This document shows, one piece after another, positions 37,438 through 48,700 of a DNA stretch of 64,000 nucleotides. Below the pieces are notes generated by a model. That model was given only the letters and a program-made list of their open reading frames with translations. It had not been told where the DNA came from and did no database searches. Location of the stretch: assembly GCA_030141605.1 (NCBI GenBank), contig JAQGDQ010000386.1, positions 124,001-188,000 on the forward strand. The letters are read 5' to 3'. How positions within the stretch are numbered: the stretch's first letter is position 1; the number at the start of each line of letters is the position of its first letter. The position numbers and the translations under genes are program-made. The DNA is from Tubiluchus corallicola (lineage: Eukaryota; Animalia; Priapulida).

Positions 37438-39928
37438 TTACAACATGGAACTTAATTTTGTTATTTATGATGATACTGATAACTGTAGCTTTGAGCACCA
37501 TTGACACCAGAACCATGCCTTTTGTTCACAGATGGAAGTTAGACAGATAATAATTCATTAGAGAGATAATTGAACAATTATCTAATTATAGTGTATAATT
37601 TTTTATATTTTTTGAAGTTTTCTCATGGATGGCCAATGCTTGCCATTGAATGCTTGTTAAAAAGTGTTGACGTTATAATATTATTATTATCATTATTATT
37701 ACAGCTGTATAATTTAATAACACATAGATTACAAAACCTCAATCAAACAGTGGGGGTCCATCTGATGACAGCTAGCTCTCCCTTTGTCTTGCCTACTCCT
37801 TCATCTGAGTTGCACAACAAAAGTGGCTCACCAAACTCGTGCAGAAATTCCATTGAAATAAACTGCGAGAGTTATGGTCAAATGGGTGCTATTATTTATT
37901 TTCTCCAACCACACAAGATTTCTGCAAGTAAAACTTGTCTAGCAGAAGTACAGAGACAGTATAGTGGTGTAATACTATGCTTGCTGTATAGTGCCTCGAA
38001 AGATTAGAAACAGTCAAATTTATCGGTTTCTCCAAGCCAAAAATTCAAACAAATCTGGCGCTAAAAAATTTCTCCCAGCTAGGTCGATAAACATAAGCTG
38101 AGCCGTCAAATTAATAAAAACACTGCCTGTTCCAAGATAATTAGTTTCCTATTTTTTAATAAAAGCTTTTATGCTGTTACAAGATATAACCAAATAGTAC
38201 TATTAATGTTTCATTAAGGTTGAACATCCGATATTTGGCAGACCTCTTATCTGTTATCTACAGGTTATCTGGGGTAATTAACTTATGCCATTCAAATCCA
38301 AATACTGCTTATATAAGTCTTTAAGACTGATCATTCATAATGTCTAGTATGACCTTAAACATATAATCATTATGTAGATTTTATAAAAGATACTTTCCTT
38401 GTACCATATTTTCCTAGTACCAGTTAAATTTTTCCAGTACTAAACTTTCCTAGCACCAAAGCTGTTCCGTATCATTTTTACATTGTGCCAGATTTAATTG
38501 TACCAAAAACGCTTGCCAACTGTTGCCAGTACTGTTTTAAATGTATTAAATCAGTATTAAATACTGTATTAAATCTTCCCAGTACCACATTTCCCTGTAC
38601 GCAATTTTCCTAGCGGTAAAATTTCGCTGTACTATCAATTACTAGCAGGCAATTTTCTTGGTATGAAATGTTCCTCATACGAAAATTACTAGGATCAAAT
38701 TTACCCTTCACCAAACTTACTACTACCAAATTTTTCCATGTTTTTTATGTTATGTCATCAAGTTGGGTGGGGCTAAATGCGGCTTGCGATCTATCCATTA
38801 AGAAAATTTTTTTAATAAAAAAATTGGATGTTTTAATAATAAATTTGTAAGCATTGTACATGTATTTTCATTTTTTGCTGTTTTCTAACTAGCATTTTTG
38901 ATGGAGTTTTCCATTCTAGCACATGCATGTGAAGAGTAACTCTCTCTAGACCTTCCATTTTTTTGCAATTTAAACACAATTACAATGTTATTGGCAAATA
39001 TTATTGATCACAAACAGCTCACATATCTTAACTAATCTGATCTGATCTGAATAATAGTGCAAATGTTGCACAGTTTACATGTTAAAGTACACAAAAGCTA
39101 AGTGTTTGTGCAAAATTTGTATTAATCCATTGAAGGACAAATTATACAATATACATCACAGACTAGCTACATTCATCACAAAAGAATTTTAAACACTGCT
39201 TTACATGGTACAAAATAAAAAATTGTACAATACACTTCGAAAGTTCACTTACGAGATTACTTGGGCATATGCGTAACACTGGAATGGAAAAAAAAGTACA
39301 AATACTCATCGACAAAAACTGATACACAACAGATATTTTGGCTTTCAAATGAATCCAATAACGAAAAAAATTCACTTCATAGCTACAGCCAAGGTGTGCA
39401 ACTTCACTTGAAATTTCATACAAATTATATGACAAAATTCCAATAAAAATTGAACACATCACATTTACTGGCAGCACTTACCGAGTTCAACGCATTAAAT
39501 ACATTTTGTAATTCACGGTAAGTTTGCTCGAAGTTATGCAGTACACTCATATCTCGGTTTGCCGGACCTCGATTTTAAAGATATTGGAGGAATCGGACAA
39601 AATATGGACCATAATAAAGCCTGCATACTACGGACACAACCCGTTGTTTCGCAAGCTGACCACTAGTTGGCGGGTCGTCACTGTGTGTAACCACATCAGT
39701 GTAACCAACCAGAGTGTAACAACACGTGCGTAGCTTGTATGTCAAGTGGTTTATTTGAGTCAACTGCCGACAGTTTTTACATACTTTTATATACATAGGA
39801 GTGGCCCAGAGTAGACGTTTTTTAAGACAAGTGATTCTGCATTATCGTGAGTATAATACTGAGATATAAGTGTACAGCAATTTCAGATCTAAACTCAAGC
39901 ATACAGGCTAAACTTAAAAAGCATAAAT

Positions 39929-42900
39929 TTAAAAATGAGCGGCGAATCGATCAATCTCTAGCAAGTCTTCTATAATCTGTTCTGATGAAGTTCCTATCTT
40001 TCTAGTTAACTCTTCTCTTTCTGATATACTCAGGTGTAAGAACTTCCAAAGCAGTTCTCCATCTAATACGTTCCGCTGCTGATTCTGTAAAAGGCGTTTC
40101 TGAGATTTGGCCATTCGGTAAGCTCTGGGATTTAGTCCCGCGTTGTGTGGTGTATTGACTACGAAAACATTCTGCAACATCGAGAATCGTCTGTATATCT
40201 TTTCAGTGATAGGAAGGAGGTAGCCAAGACTGCCATCCAAACTTGCGAAATAAGTAACGTGCTTATTCTCGGCAGAGCTACCAAAGGTCTTCTGAGTCGA
40301 CGGATCCTGAAGTTTACAACGGACACGAAACATGCAATTAATGCGAGATCCAATATTGAAGTCCGCTCGACGAATCAAACGCTGTCCACCAACACTTTCT
40401 CTGGCTTCTGGCTGATACATATAGAGAAACAAATTACACAAAGAGTCAGTAGCCAAAAATCCAATCTGCTTATTATTGACAAAGTATTCAGCAGCATAAA
40501 CTTGAACTGGTTTGATATCTCGGCTTACCAACGAAAGCGTTTTTGTTTCCTCTTGAAAACGCAGTAGAGATATACTTTTTGCAACATCTGCAACTAGTAC
40601 AAAATTTTTTAACCCAAATGCTTGATGAATATACATCTGCGTATCAATAAATGCCCGGGCTACAAGGTTTTTATCAGACAATTCCCACATGAAAATTTTC
40701 TGCCCAATGGCACCAAGAAGATGACCGTTAACATGAGTCAAGGCAGTAACAGGACCTTTTTGTTCTTCATCGTAGATAATTTTAATTTTATTTTTTGTTA
40801 AAGGTTGTCCTGGTTCTGGTACAACTTCAATGACATCTAATAGCATGATTTTACCTTTAGACTGTATCTCATCACCATAGCAAGAAGAGGTGCCCACAGC
40901 TAGATAGCCTTTCAAGCCACTGACAGTTGTCTCTGATTTTAAACTGACATTCTTTAGACAGGTTACATGTTCCCATTCATCAAACTCCACCTTGGTGTTT
41001 GGTATTGGCTCCCAACTCACGGGTGAAAACAACTGCAGTAAGAACTTGTCAATTGTGCTGTAAATGAAGCCTTCATCACCTTCAAACTCCTCAAAATGCT
41101 TCTCTTCTGCAATAATCTTAACAATCTTGTTACAAGGTTCAGGTACGCTTGTAACCACTCCGTGTGTCTTGCTTTCCAAATGATAGGCAACAAAGTGCGG
41201 CGTGCAACGAAGCGGAACTTTCCGCACGGGCCAAGGTGAATCATAAGAGAGATGAGTAGGTAAAACAGCTATTCTTAATTCACCGTTGCGGTTGAAATAC
41301 AAAAAACCTTTTGGACAATTCATGTTGTGAAATGGAGCAAAGCAAGTAACACCTCCATCTATGCCCATCGGATGTGCTCTTAATACACCCCGCGATGTCA
41401 TAAACAGCCAATGCGGATAATAGCCAGAAACAAAAATGCCTGAATACCCTGCAATGTCATCAAAATATCGTAGCCGGTGATTAGCACCGCTGAGTAAGTC
41501 TACGTTCTCTCCTTCGGACTTTTTCTTTTTCTCCTTCCTCTCTTTCACCAAAAGGTTTAACGGCAACTTAGAGAACCTAAGCTTAAGGCTATCTTCCCGT
41601 TCTGCACCATGATATGAAAATACTTCATAAATGAGAAGCTCTTCTCCAATGCGAGTAAAAAGATGTGGCCGGCCTCTCTTTTGACCTAAACCGACTAGCA
41701 GAATTTCCTGTACTTGGACATGAGAGATCTCAGCATGCGAAGAACCTTCGTTTCTCGTCTCGCGATCCTCACAAGCTTTTAAAACTCGTGGTCCTGTTGA
41801 GAAGTTTTTAGCAACGAAAACAACCTTGAAATCAGGCAAGCTACAAATTTCTAAATTTCCATTTTGTCGGCACAGCACAATCCAATGTGTCGGAACGATT
41901 GTTTCATCTTCCACTTTATCCATTTCAGGCTCGATGCTAGCTTCTTTATCAAGATCAAAAGCAGAGGACTCTCCATACAGCATCTCATCCTCATCATCAG
42001 TCGTTTGGGGAATGGAACTTGTTCTTGTCTGATGGCTGCCTTCTATGTTAGCTGAACTTTTTGCAAGGTCAGTATCGGTCTGTGTTGTGAACAAACCACT
42101 CTCATCTGTGTATGCACATAATGTTACGATTCTTGGCATGACTTCAACTGAAGGCGTCACCAACAGCAATTTAGCATTAAGTCCAACACAGTCTGGTCTA
42201 AAAATCAACAAAGCAATTTCTCCATTCTTGCTTAAAATTACAAGGTATGGATCACAAAGAGATGCATGGACAACTGGAGACTGAAGGTCCAGATCAACTT
42301 CTTGAATTACATCGACACCATTCAATAATCTAACCGAATTTAAAAGAACTTGCACAATGTAAGCATTTTGTCCAACATTTGAAGCAAGAATAGTTGTACT
42401 AGCTGTACTAAATCCACTGTGATCTAACTCATTTATTTCTTGCCCTGTCTGAAGTATCATGCTAGAATTTTCCCTACTCAAAATAAGAAAAGCATGACTG
42501 TTATCCAGTGACATGTCTGCCTTTTCACCTTCTTTTGTCTTAGGAGATCCAACAACAGTCCACATGTCCCGACAGCCAGGAAGCTCAAAAGTCGTAACTA
42601 CCTGCGGACGGATTGTTCGCTGCAAAATGGAAATAGCTCCATTCTTACCATGCCCTGAAGTAGACACTAGCTCTAGATCAGGGTCAGTGCCCTTTTGGAA
42701 TTCCTCTGACAAAAAAGCTGGTTCCCCCATAGCAACTGACCCACATGGTCCAATATTTAGTATGCTGTCACAAACTTCAAACGTATAATTAGCAATAGAT
42801 ATACCAGCTTGTGACTCTGTACTTCCATAAACTTCCAGTTCCTCGGCATCCTCTATATCGGCAACATCAGAAGCCATCCAGTCACCCATTGTATCTAATC

Positions 42901-44137
42901 GCTTCTTTTTTGCAGGTGGTTCAGTTCTCTTTTGTCCTGACTTCCCGCCACCAGATTCTTCATGCATTTTCTCAGTATACTTGAGGAGAAGAGAGTTACC
43001 CAGTCGCGACCCTAGAAAAATGTAACCTTCCTCGCATGTACACATGCAAGTAGTAAGGACTGATGACGCTGCTTTGTCAAAATGGAAACTCCTAACACTC
43101 CTCATACCATCCACAAGCAATGTTAGAACATATAATTCACCTCCATTTAATGATATTACAAGTCTTTCGTTTGATACAAATACTGCTTGAGCACAATCTA
43201 AGGTAATCTTAACACCAGGTTGTTTTTTTAAGGGAAAGGCAGTGCTTCCTTCAGTAAAACTATTCAGGGAAATGCCATATGGTGGGAAGCTTTGATTAAG
43301 ATACAGTAGAGAATTCGCAGCAAAAACAAGTACTCCGCCTATGGGTTTATCTACAGGAAAAGCACGAAGACAATCATACGGTAAGTTATTTATTGACCAG
43401 ATTATGGGATGCACCTTTTCAAGCATATTTAATGATATTGCAACAATGCAACAGGTGTCTTGTCTTATTCCAACACGGCCAGACCAAGTAGGGAGAGGTT
43501 CGTAAATAATAAATAATGTTGGTTCGTAGTAACCATGCAAAAATTGTACATCAATAACGTTTATAATTTTTTCGTCCAACATCCTGAGATCAACAGTATA
43601 TGATGGCAAAATGGCCGATCTTTGTTGCCAATCAACATCATCCACCATACCTTCTTTTCGAAATGGAAACACTACAAGTCTTGTGCCATAGATCATCATC
43701 ACAGCACACCTTGCATCAGGATCTACGCGCAAAACAGGCAGGTTGTAATTACATCCAATGCCATCTCTAAATTCATCTTCTTCAAAAAAGTGCAATGAAA
43801 GCGTTTTCAGCCCATTTGTGGCAGGGTCATACTCGACAACAGACAACTTTGCATCTTTGAAACAAAGTAACAAAGAATCGCGTGCGGATCCGGCTAGAGT
43901 AACTTTCTCAAGTGCCTCAACTCGGCCAAATAGTGGAAATGTTGCCAAACACTCAACTTTAAATTTTTCGGCGTGCTCCCCAATTTCTGCATTGCTCGCT
44001 TGTGAAATCAGTCGATACACGTGCAATTGATTTGCGCCAGCAAGAACCAGGTTACGCTGTTTGAAATTATAAAAATGGCAATATAGACAATGCTCAATTC
44101 CCGTCGGCGGATGTAGCTCCTTGTATATAGCATACAT
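39929..44137 (-). CDS. CPSF1: Cleavage and polyadenylation specificity factor subunit 1 (CPSF160), intronless CDS, 1402 aa
   Basis: Single uninterrupted ORF from MYAIYKELHPPTGIE to ...IDRFAAHF. Conserved blocks include DAKLSVVEYDP, FLHGYYEPTL, FLGSRLGNSLLL, PWPVRKVPLRCT, EVVPEPGQPLTKNK and HNAGLNPRAYR. Confidence 0.97.
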   Translation of the reverse strand: MYAIYKELHPPTGIEHCLYCHFYNFKQRNLVLAGANQLHVYRLISQASNAEIGEHAEKFKVECLATFPLFGRVEALEKVTLAGSARDSLLLCFKDAKLSVVEYDPATNGLKTLSLHFFEEDEFRDGIGCNYNLPVLRVDPDARCAVMMIYGTRLVVFPFRKEGMVDDVDWQQRSAILPSYTVDLRMLDEKIINVIDVQFLHGYYEPTLFIIYEPLPTWSGRVGIRQDTCCIVAISLNMLEKVHPIIWSINNLPYDCLRAFPVDKPIGGVLVFAANSLLYLNQSFPPYGISLNSFTEGSTAFPLKKQPGVKITLDCAQAVFVSNERLVISLNGGELYVLTLLVDGMRSVRSFHFDKAASSVLTTCMCTCEEGYIFLGSRLGNSLLLKYTEKMHEESGGGKSGQKRTEPPAKKKRLDTMGDWMASDVADIEDAEELEVYGSTESQAGISIANYTFEVCDSILNIGPCGSVAMGEPAFLSEEFQKGTDPDLELVSTSGHGKNGAISILQRTIRPQVVTTFELPGCRDMWTVVGSPKTKEGEKADMSLDNSHAFLILSRENSSMILQTGQEINELDHSGFSTASTTILASNVGQNAYIVQVLLNSVRLLNGVDVIQEVDLDLQSPVVHASLCDPYLVILSKNGEIALLIFRPDCVGLNAKLLLVTPSVEVMPRIVTLCAYTDESGLFTTQTDTDLAKSSANIEGSHQTRTSSIPQTTDDEDEMLYGESSAFDLDKEASIEPEMDKVEDETIVPTHWIVLCRQNGNLEICSLPDFKVVFVAKNFSTGPRVLKACEDRETRNEGSSHAEISHVQVQEILLVGLGQKRGRPHLFTRIGEELLIYEVFSYHGAEREDSLKLRFSKLPLNLLVKERKEKKKKSEGENVDLLSGANHRLRYFDDIAGYSGIFVSGYYPHWLFMTSRGVLRAHPMGIDGGVTCFAPFHNMNCPKGFLYFNRNGELRIAVLPTHLSYDSPWPVRKVPLRCTPHFVAYHLESKTHGVVTSVPEPCNKIVKIIAEEKHFEEFEGDEGFIYSTIDKFLLQLFSPVSWEPIPNTKVEFDEWEHVTCLKNVSLKSETTVSGLKGYLAVGTSSCYGDEIQSKGKIMLLDVIEVVPEPGQPLTKNKIKIIYDEEQKGPVTALTHVNGHLLGAIGQKIFMWELSDKNLVARAFIDTQMYIHQAFGLKNFVLVADVAKSISLLRFQEETKTLSLVSRDIKPVQVYAAEYFVNNKQIGFLATDSLCNLFLYMYQPEARESVGGQRLIRRADFNIGSRINCMFRVRCKLQDPSTQKTFGSSAENKHVTYFASLDGSLGYLLPITEKIYRRFSMLQNVFVVNTPHNAGLNPRAYRMAKSQKRLLQNQQRNVLDGELLWKFLHLSISEREELTRKIGTSSEQIIEDLLEIDRFAAHF

Positions 44138-45763
44138 TATTCCGGTTAAGCTAGCAATGAAGATTACGAATGCATTTCTTTAAAATCAAACATCGCAAAC
44201 TAGCGATTTTGATATTTCGTTCACAACAATAGAAGCTATCTTTTTCTTAGGTTTGAGACGAAGTACTTTGCAATGTTCGCGAACTCGCGCATTTCTATTT
44301 TAAGCTTTTTCTACGACTGCTTCTAATACAAAGCGTCTGCTTGTATTGGACGTCCACTGGGGAATCTAGAGCAGATTTGCCAATAATTACTGTATTCGTA
44401 AATACATGAATAGTTATTGCTGTGTATAAAAAATTGCTGTAAACTTAAAGGACTGACCAGCACAACAAAGATTCTTTAAAATTAACGGGTTTAGTAATGA
44501 CAAACATAAAAATTAATTATCGGTAATAGACTACGAGATATTTTGTCTTACTATCACATAAAATATTTATCACGTTACCTCAGTTAATAGTGAATCAACT
44601 ATCAAAACAATGTTGGGTACTTCTTCAAAACGTAATAATGTTAGTCCTTGGTAACTGTATCTTGCGCTGGGTTCAAGGAGGACGCCAAAATATCTATGCC
44701 AAAAATCAAGGTTCTATAATCATACTGCAGAAAGCTTGCACACTAGCATTCCAGTTCAGCTGGCTTCTCACACCACATGTACAGTTTCAAACAAACGTCT
44801 ACATAATTGTAATTTTATGGAAATAAGTTCCTGCTAATGTGGAACCAGTTCATGCAGAGGCTGCAATGCCTAATTCGACAACAGGAATCTCGCAGCATGA
44901 ATAGTAGTATGCAACATAAGTTTACAGAAACTTAAGATGCCATAAAAATTTAAATATAAAATGTTCTACTAATACATGGTTGCATCATAATCTGCAAACT
45001 TATAATGCATAACAGCGATTTGATATAATGCAGCACTATAATTGGCATAACTGTTTACTACATCCTTATTCTAATACGTTATGATTATTACCCAATTGTT
45101 GTAAAGGTTGTGAAACTGTGATTGATTGATTTTTTTGACCTGTTTGAATTGTCTGTTTGTCAAGTGTTAAAGTCTTGAGCTACTGTACTATGTCGATTAT
45201 AATTGTATAATTGGTTATTTTGCATACACTAAGAAAAGGCTTTAAGTAAATTAGATCTTGATAACAAATACATATATTTCATTAGTTACTAACACAATTT
45301 TTATTACAAATTTATAATATACGTAATTACTAAACACGTCTCCCAAAAGCTGCTGCTAATATAACAATGTCACTCGATAAACTAAATAAATATTAATATC
45401 GTAGAAATAAGGGTAGTTGCTAGGTAACCTCTTGGTCTTTCGCCACACCATCTCAATGTAGTGTTTATCATGTTAAAGAAACCTTCTACGTCATTATAGG
45501 TGTAAATTTAAATGAGACGAATAAATTTATCTAATCTAATCTAATCTTAAGAATGGTAATTATATAACCATCACGGCAGTCAGTTTTTATGTTCAATTGA
45601 TCGTTTTACTCTACAGGAAAAGAAAGAGGTAATTCGAAAATGAATAACTAAACTTCAATTAAAGCACAATCCCAGCTGCATTCTACCATAGAAAATGTTA
45701 CATTTTAAATTTCAAAGTATGTATACACTTTAATTGTTCACAGAATATTAAGTACAATAGACA

Positions 45764-48700
45764 CTACACCGTTAGAGTATGCACACTAAAAGTCTCTGTT
45801 TTTTTCACATCATACACTTTTAGTGGTTTAGGTGGCCGTATCTTCCTACCATGGTAGCCAGTTTTACGATGCCACCTCCCGGACCTCGGGCGGACGCCCA
45901 TCCATCGATGGCGATTAGGGGAGCCGATGTGTTTGCTGCCGTGATCCACGTTTGACACCCGGCCCACCACCGCCATGCACTTTTTAGAAACCGACACCTC
46001 CGCCTTGGAGGGCATTTGGAGAACGACGAAGTCGTCCACTTTTCGCAGAACCTTGCAGCTCGTGCCGGCGGCACGGGCGATCTTGCCGCCCTCTCCGGGA
46101 AACCGCTCGATATTGAACACAGATGTGCCAACCGGAAGTGCTCCGAGAGGATAGGAATCACCCTCATAGGCTTTAACTGCAATGAAAAAACTTTGGAATT
46201 AGAGTCAACCTCGGATATAAGGGACAACTCAGGACTGGAAAAAATTGTTGCTTATAGCCCTTCAGCGATGCATATGTATGTGACCGTGGAACCAAGCTGT
46301 TCGAAGGCCGAGTTTGCGAAAAATTGAGGTTAAAAATCGATCAATTTCGGTTTGATCATAGAGTCCCTTATATGCGAGGTAATTTACCTGGGTTTCTATT
46401 ACGCGGGACCTGAAGATATCGTTCCTTATAACCGAAAGTCCCTTATATTCTAGTACCTTACATAAAAAAACATTATGAAAAATCAGGACCGGTGTTGGTG
46501 ATCCCCTAACAGCGAGTGTCCCTCATAAGTGAGTACCTTATACCTGAATTTTGACATACATAAAATATCTGTAGGATAAATTTTTGCACTCAATTCAAAT
46601 TCAGTTTTTTCACTCAGTTTGGTGAACTACAAGCGGAAATCCAGTAATGGACAGTGGGCGTGCTAATCCGCTTTTCTTCAGTTTTATTTGCAGATATATG
46701 ACATTTATCAAAGTATGTTCCAGGACACACTAAATTTAGCATCAGCTATAGACAATAGCAGAGATTTAAAAGATGCAGTCCTTCCCATGGTTCACTAAAC
46801 TGGCAGAAAAAGATTGTTTTAATTTTATATAATAGAGATATTTCAAACAATAGCAGAGATTTAAAAGATGCAGTCCTTCCCATGGTTCAATGAACTGGCA
46901 GAAAAAGATTGTTTTAATTTTATATAATAGAGATATTTCAAACAATAGCAGAGATTTAAAAGATGCAGTCCTTCCCATGGTTCATTAAACTGGCAGAAAA
47001 AGATTGTTTTAATTTTATATAATAGAGATATTTCAAACAATAGCAGAGATTTAAAAGATGCAGTCCTTCCCATGGTTCAATGAACTGGCAGAAAAAGATT
47101 GTTTTAATTTTATATAATAGTGGAGTTCTTATTTAGTTAACACACCACAAGCCAAATGTTTGCCAACCAAATTCAGCATTACCTTTGTTGCATCCACCAT
47201 AACTACAAAATTCGTACTCTTGACCCCAATGGATAAAAGGCTACCAAATACAGCAAAAGGCTAATGAGAGCAATTCTGTGCTTTGTATTGCTACTTAGTG
47301 CAAATTGGCTAAAAAAGATTTGCCATATTGACAACTTCACTGTATACAACAAAGCAATATCGCAAGCTAAACTAAGTTAGTAGACTAACAATTCAATAAC
47401 ATTTTGGTTAGTTGAAAAATTCTACCTGCAATTCTGGGTATGTGTCCGTACGTTCTTACAATGTCTCCAGCTTTCATATTCTCAGAGGCCAGGACGTACC
47501 TCCTTCTATCTCCGCCGGCGACAACGGCAATTCTGGCCGTCCTATTCGGATCATAAGCAATTCTTTGCACCTACAGGCATTAAATTAATTAATAATTGCT
47601 GTCGTCGTCAACATCAACATCACTATAATTAATTACAGACATCGAAAGCATCATCTCGTTAACCGGATCAACAACATCATTACCATTAACATCATCATTA
47701 TTAATATCAAAATCAAAGCTGTCGTCACCATCAACACATTGCACTGGCACTGGACAAAACTAATCTAAATTAATATTTTCTGCTTACAAAAAAAGTTTTT
47801 AATACAAAAAATCTGACCCAAAACGTAGTAGGCAAAAAGATATGGAGACTAGGGGCACCGGTTCGATACTCACTCAATCAGACTTCAATTAACGTACAGA
47901 TTTTCACTGTTTACCTTACTGACAGCCGAACATAGTTGTCACATCTGTTGGTTCAGTAACTCATCTTAGATGGCTATTGTCGATAATGAGCCAGGCTCCA
48001 GTGTCAATGCAAGCAGGGATGTTACCAAAATGAAAATTTTGTTTCGGTTTGCCGATAATTGCACTTTAGGTTGAGTTTCATTTTCGTCGAAAATTGTCAA
48101 GTTTCGTAGCAAAAACTTTTGGTACTTTTCACATGCATTTTTCCGAGGTTTCAGTAGTATTTAACCAGCTTACCTATTTTATGCTAGATGTTAAAAATCG
48201 CTGAAAAATTTTGGTAAAAGAAAACCGGATGATTGTGTAAACATTAGTTCAGAAGAAAGAATGCTCTAAAACACTAAAAGCTACAATAGCTTTTTTTAAA
48301 TCAAAACTTAGATTAAATAGTAATTACATTGGACTCTCAAATTTTGTTAAATTTTCATAGCTTCGCAGGCGATGAATAGACGGCGGTGCCGTGATGACCA
48401 TGATCATGAACTGCAGTGTTAGTTTCTGACGTCACATGACGTAGAGCCAATTTAAGTGACATCATGAGTTTTTGTAGCAACAATTACGGAAACGTGCTTG
48501 ATGCACGAGGGAGATGCCTGCAATTGCACAAACTGTGGTTAGTTTCTGACGTAAGCAATAGCTGTGTTAAGTTACTGTTAAGTAACTTTCTAAGCTAATT
48601 ATTCAAATATAACAAACAAATGCTAACTTTTATAGGAAAGAAAATGTACAATTCGGACAGTAAATTAAAATGAAATTGAGTCTCAACAATCGTCCAGTTT

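Noticed and set aside
37570-38007. 145-aa intergenic ORF
   Set aside because: Non-ATG start, low-complexity composition, no motifs and no convincing splice context.
40145-44030. Plus-strand and alternate-frame ORFs over CPSF1 (and likewise over the LDLa gene and the LINE)
   Set aside because: Shadow ORFs of real coding sequence with no recognisable motifs.
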